Below are positions 8,982 to 17,436 of a stretch of 64,000 nucleotides of DNA, piece by piece; the stretch's first letter is position 1, and every line of letters begins with the position of its first letter. The position numbers and the translations under genes are program-made. The DNA is from Candidatus Yanofskybacteria bacterium RIFCSPLOWO2_01_FULL_42_49 (lineage in GTDB: Bacteria; Patescibacteriota; Minisyncoccia; 2-02-FULL-40-12; GWA2-44-9). The stretch is from contig MGKI01000014.1 in assembly GCA_001795615.1 (NCBI GenBank), forward strand, positions 69,380 to 133,379. Direction: 5' to 3'. Under the pieces are notes generated by a model. It saw only the letters and a program-made list of their open reading frames with translations. It was not told the origin of the DNA and did no database searches.

Positions 8982-9090
8982 AGTAGAGAATTAAAAGTTA
9001 AAAATCAAAGTTACAAGTTAAAATTTTTTATATATAACTTTGAATTTAAAACTTTAACTTTCAACTTTACACTTTTAACTTTTTACTTAT
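8982..9090. repeat. Palindromic AT-rich AAGTTAAAAG / AACTTTCAACTT repeat element filling the intergenic gap (copy A)
   Basis: The left arm (AAAAGTTAAAAATCAAAGTTACAAGTTAAAA) and the right arm (AACTTTGAATTTAAAACTTTAACTTTCAACTTTACACTTTTAACTTTTT) are near reverse complements. It shares the k-mers AAGTTAAAAG, ACTTTCAACT and CTTTTAACTT with copy B at 60874-61005. Confidence 0.7.
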
Positions 9091-10950
9091 ATGCAAACAT
9101 ACCTACTTTTTGAGATAGCCAATTCCTGCGCTGGGTCGAGCAAATTGATAGAAAAGTTGATAGATTCCCTACCGCAAGAGGATAATTTTGGCATTAACCC
9201 CCACACTCACTTTAGATATAGCTCAAAGAGCCAAAAACTAAAGCAAGTTAAAGTGAGTGTGGGGGTAAAATTTCAAGTTTATAAGTATAACGAAATTGCC
9301 TTATCCGACTATGAATGGTATCCGGTTTATAAGCAAACCTTCATAAATGCGCAGAATTGGAAAAAGATTTTTGCTCATGCAAAGAGCAAGGGCTTTGATA
9401 TCTGGATAGATGTTTTTGATCTATATAGCGTAGAAGTTATTAAAGATAATCTGCCGTTGGTAACCGGAATAAAACTCCAGTCTTCTGTTTTGAATAACCT
9501 CAAGGTATTGACTGCATTATCTGAAGTAATAAAAAACGGAAAGATTACGGTGATGTTAAATGTTGCCGGCAGAGACCTATCAAACATCAAAGAGTTGCTT
9601 AAAGATATAAGATCAAATTATTTTGACAATAAAATTATACTTCAAGCCGGTTTTCAGGGATATCCCACCGATAAAGAAGATCTAACCGTAAGTAAGGTCC
9701 GGATCTTAAAATCCGAATTTCCTAGTACAATAATATCTTATGCCGATCATGTTGACGGCAGTTCGCCTCTTGCGTTTGATATTCCGGTTTTTGCCGTATT
9801 GGCCGGCGCCGAGCACATAGAAAAGCATGTCTGCTTAGACAGGAAAAATACAAAATACGACTTCCAATCAGCAATTGAGCCCTATGAATGTGATCTATTA
9901 ATTTACAAGCTTAATGAAGCCGAAAAAATATTGGGAACAAAGTTTATACCAGACAAGGAAGCAAATTACCTCAAAACAACAATAGAGAAACCAATCGCTT
10001 CAGTTCATTTGAGAGCCGGCGATATTATAAATTTCAAAAACTTTGACTTTAGAAGAACCGGGCAGGAGGGGCTGACTGTAGCTGAAATAAAAGAATATAT
10101 GGAAAAAAGGTACGTACTGAAAAATGATATAAAGCCCGGGAAACCGATAACAAAAAATGATCTGAAAAAAGCCAGAGTAGGCGTTATTATCGCCTGCCGA
10201 ATGAAGTCAACCCGCTTAAAACATAAAGCCATATTACCCATTCAAGGACTGGCATCAATCGAAAGATGTATTTTGAACGCTAAAAAAATTAAATCGGCTG
10301 ATGAGATAATTTTGGCAACTTCAACCCTTGAAGAAGATCAAATTCTAAAAAAATACGCCTTAAAGCATAGGATCCGTTTTTTTGCCGGAGACCCCGAGGA
10401 TGTCATACTCCGCTATTTAGGCGTAGCTGAAAAATATAATCTTGATGTTACAATCCGAGTTACCGGTGATTGCCCGATAGTGTCGTATGAGATGGCCAAA
10501 TTTTTACTGAAAAGACATTTTGAAAAAGGTAATGATTATACTGGCCCCAAAGAATATTGTACCGGACAAAATAGCGAAATATACAGTGTAAATACATTAA
10601 AAAGAATTATAAAGTACTTGGGTGATGCCAGACATTCCGAATATATGACTTGGTATATGCTTACTAATAAAGACATCTTCCAAGTAGATATGGCCGAATT
10701 GCCCAAAGAATGGATCCGCGCTTACCGGCTAACCCTGGATGTCCAAGAAGACCTTGATATGTTTAATGCCTTATTTGAAAAATTGGGCAAAAAAGAAGTA
10801 AGCATTAAAAATGTATTCGGGGTAATTGACAAGAATCCCTGGATTCACGAACTTAACGATGCCATGGTTCTTAAATACAAATCGGATAAAAAATTAATAG
10901 ACATGCTGAATAAAGAAACGAGGATAAATCCGCCCAAAATTAAAAAATGA
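9091..10950 (+). CDS. Fusion protein: divergent NeuB-like (sialic/nonulosonic acid synthase-like TIM barrel + SAF domain) fused to an acylneuraminate cytidylyltransferase-like domain (SpsE-SpsF-like)
   Basis: N-terminal ~340 aa: the order of blocks matches NeuB (...GIKLQSSVLNNLKVL..., ...ISYADHVDGSSPLAFDIPVFAVLAGAEHIEKHVCLD...) and is followed by a SAF-like segment (VHLRAGDIINFKNFDF). C-terminal ~250 aa: ARVGVIIACRMKSTRLKHKAILPI...ILATS...IRVTGDCPIV is typical of CMP-sugar cytidylyltransferases (NeuA/PseF/SpsF). Confidence 0.6.
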   Translation: MQTYLLFEIANSCAGSSKLIEKLIDSLPQEDNFGINPHTHFRYSSKSQKLKQVKVSVGVKFQVYKYNEIALSDYEWYPVYKQTFINAQNWKKIFAHAKSKGFDIWIDVFDLYSVEVIKDNLPLVTGIKLQSSVLNNLKVLTALSEVIKNGKITVMLNVAGRDLSNIKELLKDIRSNYFDNKIILQAGFQGYPTDKEDLTVSKVRILKSEFPSTIISYADHVDGSSPLAFDIPVFAVLAGAEHIEKHVCLDRKNTKYDFQSAIEPYECDLLIYKLNEAEKILGTKFIPDKEANYLKTTIEKPIASVHLRAGDIINFKNFDFRRTGQEGLTVAEIKEYMEKRYVLKNDIKPGKPITKNDLKKARVGVIIACRMKSTRLKHKAILPIQGLASIERCILNAKKIKSADEIILATSTLEEDQILKKYALKHRIRFFAGDPEDVILRYLGVAEKYNLDVTIRVTGDCPIVSYEMAKFLLKRHFEKGNDYTGPKEYCTGQNSEIYSVNTLKRIIKYLGDARHSEYMTWYMLTNKDIFQVDMAELPKEWIRAYRLTLDVQEDLDMFNALFEKLGKKEVSIKNVFGVIDKNPWIHELNDAMVLKYKSDKKLIDMLNKETRINPPKIKK

Positions 10951-11516
10951 CAACAATATACATACTGGGCGGATTTTTAAAAAAAAATCGTGACGGAAGC
11001 TACGGCAGTGATCAATTAAGTTACATAAGGGTTCTGGCCGGATATTATCTTTACAAAAAATTATCTGGAAAAAACAAGATCGAACTGATTGTTTCTGGAA
11101 GCAGAGGAATTTATAGAGGAACTCCGGGCATTCCTCGAGTGGCAATAGTAATGAAACGGGAGCTGATAGAATTAGGCCTAAGCCCAAAAGAAATAAAAAT
11201 AGATAAAACGGACTTTACTTACAAGGAACTTATCTGGCTAAAAAAATATATAGCTAAAAAAACTGGGAAAGCATTTATTGTATCTAATGCCTACCACTTA
11301 CCCAGGATTAAAACGATGATCGATATTCTTCCAGAATTGAAGGAATTAAAAAATATAATTAAATTAGTCCCCGCGGATAAAATAGCAATTAAATTCGACG
11401 AAAAATTAAAACCCAGAATTAAAAAAGCCAATAAAAGTTCGGAAATGAAAAAAATAATTTCTTCTGAAAAAGAGGGTATACGCGCATTAAGATCAGGTAA
11501 CTATAAATTCAGGTGA
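10947..11516 (+). CDS. DUF218/YdcF(ElyC)-like domain protein
   Basis: ELIVSGSRG, TDFTYKEL and IVSNAYHLPR match the conserved DUF218 blocks. Length is 189 aa and the ORF overlaps both neighbours. Confidence 0.55.
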   Translation: MTTIYILGGFLKKNRDGSYGSDQLSYIRVLAGYYLYKKLSGKNKIELIVSGSRGIYRGTPGIPRVAIVMKRELIELGLSPKEIKIDKTDFTYKELIWLKKYIAKKTGKAFIVSNAYHLPRIKTMIDILPELKELKNIIKLVPADKIAIKFDEKLKPRIKKANKSSEMKKIISSEKEGIRALRSGNYKFR

Positions 11517-12583
11517 TGGAAAAACTCATAGTAAAAATAGGGAATGAGAAAAGGGAGATCGGCCCTAACCAGCCGGCTTTTATAATTGCCGAAATGTCGG
11601 CTAATCATGGACATAACATCAGGAAAGCGTACAAAATAATCGACGAAGTAGCCAAAGCTGGTGCAGATGCAATAAAACTTCAAACCTATACTCCGGACAC
11701 GATAACCATTGATTCAAATAAAAAATACTTCCAAGTAGAAATAAATGATGCTTGGAAAGGTCAGACTCTTTACAGCTTATATAGCAAAGCATACACACCT
11801 TGGGAGTGGATGCCAAAATTAAAAAAATACGCTGAAGACAAGGGACTGGTATTTTTTTCCTCTGTTTTTGACAATACTTCAGTTGATTTTCTAGAGACAA
11901 TTAACGTACCGATCTATAAGGTGGCATCCTTTGAAGTGGTCGATATTCCCCTTCTTAAAAGAATAGGCAGAACAAAAAAACCAGTTATTATATCCCGAGG
12001 TATGTCTACCCTCTCCGAACTGAAGTTAGCTCTTAAAACGTTAAAAAATGCCGGTACTTCTTCAATCGCAATCCTTCATTGTGTAAGTTCTTATCCGGCT
12101 AAATTCGACGAAATGAATATTTATACAATTACCGATCTAATAAAAAAATTCAATCATGTCGTCGGTCTTTCTGATCATTCTCCCGGAGCAACGGCCTCAA
12201 TAGCTGCCGTGAGCTTGGGAGCAAAAGTTATAGAAAAACACATAATTTTGTCCCGTTCCGAAGGCGGACCGGACGCTGCTTTTTCTCTTGAGCCAAATGA
12301 ATTCAAAAAACTTGTTGACTCTGTCCGAAATACTGAGGCTGCGTTGGGTAAGCCTTTTTACGGCTCAGGAATAAAAGAGTCGGAAAATATTGTTTTTAGA
12401 AAGTCACTTTTTGTCGTTGAAAATATTAAAAAGGGTCAAAAATTTACAGCTCAAAATATCCGTTCAATCCGCCCCGGACATGGTCTTGAACCGAAATATT
12501 ATGAGCGGGTTATTGGAAAACTAGCCAAAGTTGACCTAGAAAAAGGCACACCGCTTAAATTAATCCACATAGAAAATGTCTAA
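11513..12583 (+). CDS. N-acetylneuraminate/pseudaminate/legionaminate synthase family (NeuB/PseI/LegI) with C-terminal SAF domain
   Basis: The N-terminus GPNQPAFIIAEMSANHGHNIRKAYKIIDEVAKAGADAIKLQTY is canonical NeuB. It also contains GLSDHSPG, LGAKVIEKH and GPDAAFSLEP, and ends with a SAF-like tail. Confidence 0.85.
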   Translation: MMEKLIVKIGNEKREIGPNQPAFIIAEMSANHGHNIRKAYKIIDEVAKAGADAIKLQTYTPDTITIDSNKKYFQVEINDAWKGQTLYSLYSKAYTPWEWMPKLKKYAEDKGLVFFSSVFDNTSVDFLETINVPIYKVASFEVVDIPLLKRIGRTKKPVIISRGMSTLSELKLALKTLKNAGTSSIAILHCVSSYPAKFDEMNIYTITDLIKKFNHVVGLSDHSPGATASIAAVSLGAKVIEKHIILSRSEGGPDAAFSLEPNEFKKLVDSVRNTEAALGKPFYGSGIKESENIVFRKSLFVVENIKKGQKFTAQNIRSIRPGHGLEPKYYERVIGKLAKVDLEKGTPLKLIHIENV

Positions 12584-13190
12584 AATTGGGGTAATCAACT
12601 ATGGCGTTGGCAATCTGCAATCCGTGAAAAACTCACTGGATTTTTTAGGCATTCCAAACGAAATTGTCGACAAGTCGCAGGAGATAAGTAGTTTTGACAA
12701 AATAATTCTGCCGGGAGTAGGCGCTTTTGGAGCCGCAATAAAAAAATTAAATGACCTTGGTTTTACTGAAGAAATAAGAAAATTCTCCAGCCAAAATAAG
12801 CCAATCCTCGGTATCTGTCTAGGTATGCAGCTTCTATTTGATGAGAGTTACGAACACGGCCACCACCAAGGTTTAGGATTAATAAAGGGAAGGGTTCTGC
12901 CTTTCAATGAAAAAATAAAAAACCTGCCTCTGCCTCAAATCGGTTGGAATAACATAACTAAAGTAGGCGTATCCCCTATTTTAAAAAATGTCGAGGATAA
13001 TTCTTGTTTTTATTTTGTCCATAGTTTTTATTGCGAACCAGAGAAAAAAACTGCCACAATAGCTAGTTCTGATTATGGCATAAAATTTGCGGCAATTATT
13101 AACGAAAATAATATCTTCGGCTGCCAGTTCCACCCGGAAAAAAGCCAGTCGGCCGGACTTCATATATTAAAGAATTTCTCTAGCCTATGA
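12576..13190 (+). CDS. HisH-like glutamine amidotransferase subunit (glycan-associated, WbuY/PseA-partner type)
   Basis: Class I GATase motifs: ILPGVGAFG, GICLGMQLL and the FHPEKS triad. It sits next to HisF-like and PP-loop amidotransferase genes rather than his genes. Confidence 0.8.
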   Translation: MSKIGVINYGVGNLQSVKNSLDFLGIPNEIVDKSQEISSFDKIILPGVGAFGAAIKKLNDLGFTEEIRKFSSQNKPILGICLGMQLLFDESYEHGHHQGLGLIKGRVLPFNEKIKNLPLPQIGWNNITKVGVSPILKNVEDNSCFYFVHSFYCEPEKKTATIASSDYGIKFAAIINENNIFGCQFHPEKSQSAGLHILKNFSSL

Positions 13191-13972
13191 TTAAACGACG
13201 CTTAATACCAGTACTTTATATTAAGAATGGCCTTATCGTAAGAAGCGAGGGATTTTCTTATCACCACAATATAGGCAACGTGGTAAAAGAAGCTGCTCGC
13301 TATAATAGCTGGGATGTTGACGAGTTAATTTATATAGACATAAGTCGAGAAAAACACTACGATCTCCGCCGTGACGATTATAATGTAAACGCCTACAACT
13401 CAATCGGATCCATCATTAAAGAAATATCCAAGGTTTGCTTTATGCCCTTAACCTTTGGAGGGGGCATACGAACTATTGATGATGTCAGTTTCAGGATACA
13501 AAATGGGGCTGATAAAATAACCTTAAACACCGGCGCACTTGAAAATCCAAAATTAATAACTCAAGCAGCTGAGAGATATGGTTCACAAGCCGTGGTGATA
13601 TCTATTGATTATAAAATTATTGAAAACCAACCAATCGTATTCACTGATTTTGGCCAAAAAAATACGAGCAAATCTGTTTACAACTGGGTCAAAGAATGCG
13701 AAAATCTAGGTGCTGGAGAAATATTTATTAACTCGATTGACCGAGATGGAAAAGCCAACGGCTACGATATTGAAACAATCAATAAAACCGTCGCATCTAC
13801 TAAATTACCCACTATCGCTTGCGGCGGAGCTGGAAATCTTGAAGATTTTGTTGAACTGGCGAAACAAACAAATGTTTCAGCCGTAGCCGCTGGAAACATA
13901 TTTCACTTTACCGAGTTAAGTTATCCAAGATCAAAAATATTGCTTAAAAAAAATAATTTAAATTTCCGTTAA
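13187..13972 (+). CDS. HisF-like cyclase subunit (glycan-associated, WbuZ-type)
   Basis: (beta/alpha)8 HisF-like blocks: RLIPVLYIKNG, LTFGGGIRT and IACGGAGNLEDF. Its position fits the acetamidino-sugar trio. Confidence 0.8.
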   Translation: MIKRRLIPVLYIKNGLIVRSEGFSYHHNIGNVVKEAARYNSWDVDELIYIDISREKHYDLRRDDYNVNAYNSIGSIIKEISKVCFMPLTFGGGIRTIDDVSFRIQNGADKITLNTGALENPKLITQAAERYGSQAVVISIDYKIIENQPIVFTDFGQKNTSKSVYNWVKECENLGAGEIFINSIDRDGKANGYDIETINKTVASTKLPTIACGGAGNLEDFVELAKQTNVSAVAAGNIFHFTELSYPRSKILLKKNNLNFR

Positions 13973-13973
13973 C

Positions 13974-15173
13974 ATGACTAAGATAACATACTGCACAAAG
14001 TGCGTTTATCCCTCAAGTTCTGCTGTTCCCCTTGCCTTTGATGAAAAAGGGTTGTGTTCCGGCTGTAGAACCAGCGGAGAAAAAGCACAGATAGATTGGG
14101 ACGATCGCAAGAAAAAATTTGAGGATATTATTGAAGAATACCGCAATAAAGACGGCACTGGTTATGATCTAATAATTCCAGTTTCCGGAGGCAAGGACAG
14201 TTACTTTCAAGTCCATCTTATGAAAAAAATTTATGGACTTAATCCGCTTCTGGTAACCTACAACGGCAACAACTATACTCCGACCGGAATGGAAAATCTC
14301 ATTAACATGAGAAATGTTTTTGGAGTTGATCATATTTTCTTCACGGCCAACATTGATGTGCTGAAAACATTAAATCGCCTCGGTGTCCAAATTTTGGGTG
14401 ATATGCAGTGGCACTACGCTTCGGGCATCTACACATACCCAATAAGGGTAGCCGTAGAGACCAAGACGCCCTTGATGCTCTGGGGCGAACACGGGCATAT
14501 GGATCTTGGCGGAATGCACTCATATAATGACTTGGTGGAATTTACATACAGATATCGGCACGAACATGTAATTCGAGGATACGAGTGGACTGATTTTTTA
14601 AAAAGAGCGCCAGAATTCGGCGAAAAACTAACTAAACAACAACTAATCCCTTGGATGTATCCTTCAGATGAGGAGATAGCTAGTGTTGGTGTTCGGGGTA
14701 TTTATACCGCTAATTATTTTAAATGGGATGCCAATATCCACGGGCCAATGGTAATGGAAAAATACGGTTTTAAGGTACCCGATGAACCTTTTGAAAGGAC
14801 TTATAGAAAGATGTCAAACTTAGACGATATGCATGAGAATGGCGTACATGATTACCTAAAGTTTATAAAATTTGGCTATGGTCGAGCAACTGACCATGTT
14901 TGCAAAGATATCCGATCGGGCATTATGACCCGTGAACGAGGAATTGAATTAGTTAAAAACATGGACCACCTCAAACCAAAAGATACCCAGCGATGGTTAA
15001 AATATGTCGGTTGGACAGAAGAAAAATTTGATAAAATTGCCGATACTTTCCGCGACCAGCGAGTTTGGTGGATCAAAGACGGCCAGTGGTGGAAAGACAA
15101 TCTTTGGAGGGAACCATCTGCTTACGGAAAGGTCCACTTGGACCCGAAACAACAGAAAAAATACTTATTGTAA
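13974..15173 (+). CDS. N-acetyl sugar amidotransferase (PP-loop ATP pyrophosphatase; PseA/WbpG/WbuX-like)
   Basis: An N-terminal Cys-rich segment CTKCVYPSS...CSGCR is followed by the PP-loop SGGKDS. Length is 399 aa and it follows the HisH/HisF homologs. Confidence 0.8.
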   Translation: MTKITYCTKCVYPSSSAVPLAFDEKGLCSGCRTSGEKAQIDWDDRKKKFEDIIEEYRNKDGTGYDLIIPVSGGKDSYFQVHLMKKIYGLNPLLVTYNGNNYTPTGMENLINMRNVFGVDHIFFTANIDVLKTLNRLGVQILGDMQWHYASGIYTYPIRVAVETKTPLMLWGEHGHMDLGGMHSYNDLVEFTYRYRHEHVIRGYEWTDFLKRAPEFGEKLTKQQLIPWMYPSDEEIASVGVRGIYTANYFKWDANIHGPMVMEKYGFKVPDEPFERTYRKMSNLDDMHENGVHDYLKFIKFGYGRATDHVCKDIRSGIMTRERGIELVKNMDHLKPKDTQRWLKYVGWTEEKFDKIADTFRDQRVWWIKDGQWWKDNLWREPSAYGKVHLDPKQQKKYLL

Positions 15174-15231
15174 ATTTTACTTTTAACTCATTCATGCTAT
15201 CATCCTGTTAGTTTTTCAATACCGAGTAAAC

Positions 15232-15672
15232 ATGGGACTAATCATCAGACCAGCACAACTTGATGACGCACAAAGAATTTGGGAGATTAGGAATGAACCC
15301 CAAGCCAGGGCTGTTGCGGCCAACTCAGACGTAATTCCCCTCGCCCAGCATATTAGCTGGTTCGAGAACAAATATTTTAAACCCGAGGGTGATTCTTGTT
15401 TTGTGGCTGAAATTGACGGGAAAGTTATCGGTTATTGCCGTTTTGATTCGGAAGGAGATCATTACTTAAACTCAATCGCCGTTACTTCATCAATGCATGG
15501 CAAGGGAATCGGCACTATCCTACTCGGCCAATCAATAAAACAACTGAAAACAGACAAGCCGATCCACGCTGAGGTAAGGAGATATAATCTAGCATCTGTG
15601 AAAATATTTGAAAGAAACGGTTTTAAGAAAGTGTCCGAAGACAAAAAAAATATATATTATCAATTAACATAA
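15232..15672 (+). CDS. GNAT-family N-acetyltransferase (PseH-like)
   Basis: 146 aa with the GNAT acetyl-CoA pocket block HGKGIGTILL...RNGFKK. It is located inside the nonulosonate module. Confidence 0.7.
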   Translation: MGLIIRPAQLDDAQRIWEIRNEPQARAVAANSDVIPLAQHISWFENKYFKPEGDSCFVAEIDGKVIGYCRFDSEGDHYLNSIAVTSSMHGKGIGTILLGQSIKQLKTDKPIHAEVRRYNLASVKIFERNGFKKVSEDKKNIYYQLT

Positions 15673-15674
15673 AA

Positions 15675-15691
15675 GACCCCGAGAAGGGGTC
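15675..15691. terminator. Bidirectional hairpin between convergent genes
   Basis: GACCCC-GAGAA-GGGGTC. On the - strand it is followed by TTTTATG. It overlaps the stop codons of both flanking genes. Confidence 0.5.
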
Positions 15692-16761
15692 TATCGCTTA
15701 TAGTAATTTAAGACAGCTTGAGCAACACGCTCACCATTAAGCCCGTCTGCCTGAAAATATTTCTGCTGGGCTTGCAGCATAGCCGCTGTATCGCCGACAA
15801 GTATTCTCTTTAAACAGTTCCTGACTTCTTCTATGCTTTCTGCTTTTAAAGATGCGCCGAGATTAGTAATTGGCCATTCGGTCATAATGTTACTTCTTGC
15901 TTCTGAAAGCAATTGACCGATTTCAGGAGTCCAAATAGTAATTAGTGGTTTCCGTAAATAACACGCCTCAACCGTCATGGTTGAATATATTCCGACAACA
16001 ATGTCCGAGCCTGCCATAATTTCGCCGCTGGTAAGACCGCTGGGATTAACAACCTTGCCCATCCGTAAACAACTTAATTCCTTCCGATATTCTAAATAAA
16101 TCTTTTTAAACTCTTCTGTTGCCCCAGAAGAAACAACAGATGGATGATCTGCTAAGATAAGATAGATCGGATTATCAAAATTATTCACGGCCTCGACAAA
16201 CATTTTGACAGCTTTGGGCATTCCCCAAGCTTGACCGGCAAAAAATACCACCGGCCAGTTTTCTCTAAGCCTCAAAACATCATGTAATGCATATCGTGCA
16301 ATTTCAGTTTCAACTTCGGCATACTTATCAAAAAAAGGCATACCGGTTACATGAATATTAGATTCTGGATAGTTGGGCCACGACCTAAGAATCAGGCATT
16401 TCGCAAATTCATCCACGACGCAAACACCGTCCGGCAAGATATCCCACTTAAACGAAGCATGCCCTCCCCATACCTCCTCGACCAGAACGGTCGGCAGATT
16501 TCTTTGTTTAGCTTCTTTATTTAAACCTATTGGTATAGACCCGCCCTTGATAGCAACCGTTAAAATGACCAATGACGGCCCGAGGGAATTGAGTAAATCA
16601 CTTATTTTTTGTTCAGGAAAGAATAAAAGCTTGTCTTTCAAATATTCGGGCGCCAATCCTTCAGCATAAACAGATACTGGAATTCCTTTATCTTTAAGTA
16701 TGTTTATCACCGATAGACAAGCATTTACAGAACCGGTATCCCGTAACCCGAAAAGAACCAC
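15691..16761 (-). CDS. GT-B fold protein, candidate UDP-sugar hydrolase/2-epimerase of the nonulosonate pathway (PseG/NeuC-like)
   Basis: 356 aa with two Rossmann-like halves and a C-terminal G-rich loop ...AGSDIVVGIYSTMTVEA.... The assignment rests mainly on context and fold-level resemblance. Confidence 0.4.
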   Translation of the reverse strand: MVLFGLRDTGSVNACLSVINILKDKGIPVSVYAEGLAPEYLKDKLLFFPEQKISDLLNSLGPSLVILTVAIKGGSIPIGLNKEAKQRNLPTVLVEEVWGGHASFKWDILPDGVCVVDEFAKCLILRSWPNYPESNIHVTGMPFFDKYAEVETEIARYALHDVLRLRENWPVVFFAGQAWGMPKAVKMFVEAVNNFDNPIYLILADHPSVVSSGATEEFKKIYLEYRKELSCLRMGKVVNPSGLTSGEIMAGSDIVVGIYSTMTVEACYLRKPLITIWTPEIGQLLSEARSNIMTEWPITNLGASLKAESIEEVRNCLKRILVGDTAAMLQAQQKYFQADGLNGERVAQAVLNYYKR

Positions 16762-16829
16762 AAAATACTACCTTTTCAAGGAACTTTGAGCAATAATACC
16801 TCAATCGCCTAAAATAGCAATTTTAGAGA

Positions 16830-17306
16830 TTATCTAGCCTTTACTGACCAAACATCGCCCCATTTGTAAGGGTCGAAGCGCTTGTCATCTTTAAGAGACT
16901 CCTGGGTAGTGGAGGTTGAAGCGCAGATGAGAATTGTATCATCGGAAAGAGAAACCCAGCCATTGGCATAGAATGGGGGTATTATTATGAGATTATTTTT
17001 TCTTACCGAGCTGACGAATTGGAATTTATCGTCTGGTTTATCAGGATCTAATGCGACAAATTTAGCCGAACCGGACACGATAACAAAAAATTTCCATTCT
17101 TTTTCGTGATAATGAAACCCGCGGACAACCTCCTTGCTATCGTTACAAACATAATACATTCTCTTAATAACGCCTGCCTTGGGAGCTATTTCTTCCAAAC
17201 CATTTATAAACGGGGCAAAAGTCCCCCGATCATCGGCAAAAACAGGATATTCAACGGCTCGAGGTTGATTGTGATTCACTTTTTTCATTCTTTTTGTTTG
17301 CTTCAT
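16830..17306 (-). CDS. Cupin-fold sugar-nucleotide isomerase/epimerase (FdtA/WxcM C-terminal domain / RmlC-like)
   Basis: Cupin motif RGFHYHEKEWKFFVIVSGSAKF, of the form G-x-H-x-H...E...G. Length is 158 aa. Confidence 0.5.
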   Translation of the reverse strand: MKQTKRMKKVNHNQPRAVEYPVFADDRGTFAPFINGLEEIAPKAGVIKRMYYVCNDSKEVVRGFHYHEKEWKFFVIVSGSAKFVALDPDKPDDKFQFVSSVRKNNLIIIPPFYANGWVSLSDDTILICASTSTTQESLKDDKRFDPYKWGDVWSVKAR

Positions 17307-17315
17307 GTGGGATTT

Positions 17316-17436
17316 ATCCCGTTAGAGGTCCGACCCGCCTGAAAGGCGTGGTTCTCGGAGTGTGGGCATCCCCACTCCTGGGGAACTCTGTCGGCAGACG
17401 ACCCCGACTTGAGTCGGGGCGTCTTACCTCTAACGG
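17316..17436. ncRNA. GC-rich highly structured intercistronic element (candidate cis-regulatory RNA / sRNA / attenuator)
   Basis: A closing helix of 12 perfect bp (CCCGTTAGAGGT ... ACCTCTAACGGG) encloses CCGAC/GTCGG, a CGCC-TGAAA-GGCG hairpin, a GGAGTG/CACTCC hairpin and an AGACG-[CCCCGAC-TTGA-GTCGGGG]-CGTCT stem. The region is roughly 60% GC against AT-rich flanks. On the - strand it lies between the SDR stop (inside the helix) and the cupin start codon 11 nt away. On the + strand it is followed by ACCATATTTTTTT. Confidence 0.35.

Noticed and set aside
8982-9090. Interpreting the AAGTTAAAAG palindromic region purely as a promoter/UP element for the NeuB-fusion gene
   Set aside because: A related copy sits inside a coding sequence at 60.9 kb where promoter function is implausible. 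A dispersed repeat (MITE-like) explains both copies better, although it may still influence local transcription.
12576-13972. Calling the HisH/HisF homologs genuine histidine-biosynthesis genes
   Set aside because: No other his genes are present. They are translationally coupled to a PP-loop N-acetyl-sugar amidotransferase inside a nonulosonate operon, which matches the WbuY/WbuZ/PseA-type glycan amidotransferase arrangement.
17316-17436. Identification of the structured element as SRP (4.5S) RNA, tmRNA, 6S RNA or a tRNA
   Set aside because: It lacks the SRP domain IV GGAA-tetraloop / AGCAGCC consensus. It is too short for tmRNA or RNase P. It has no tRNA cloverleaf or GTTCGAATC T-loop. It is left as an unclassified structured element.
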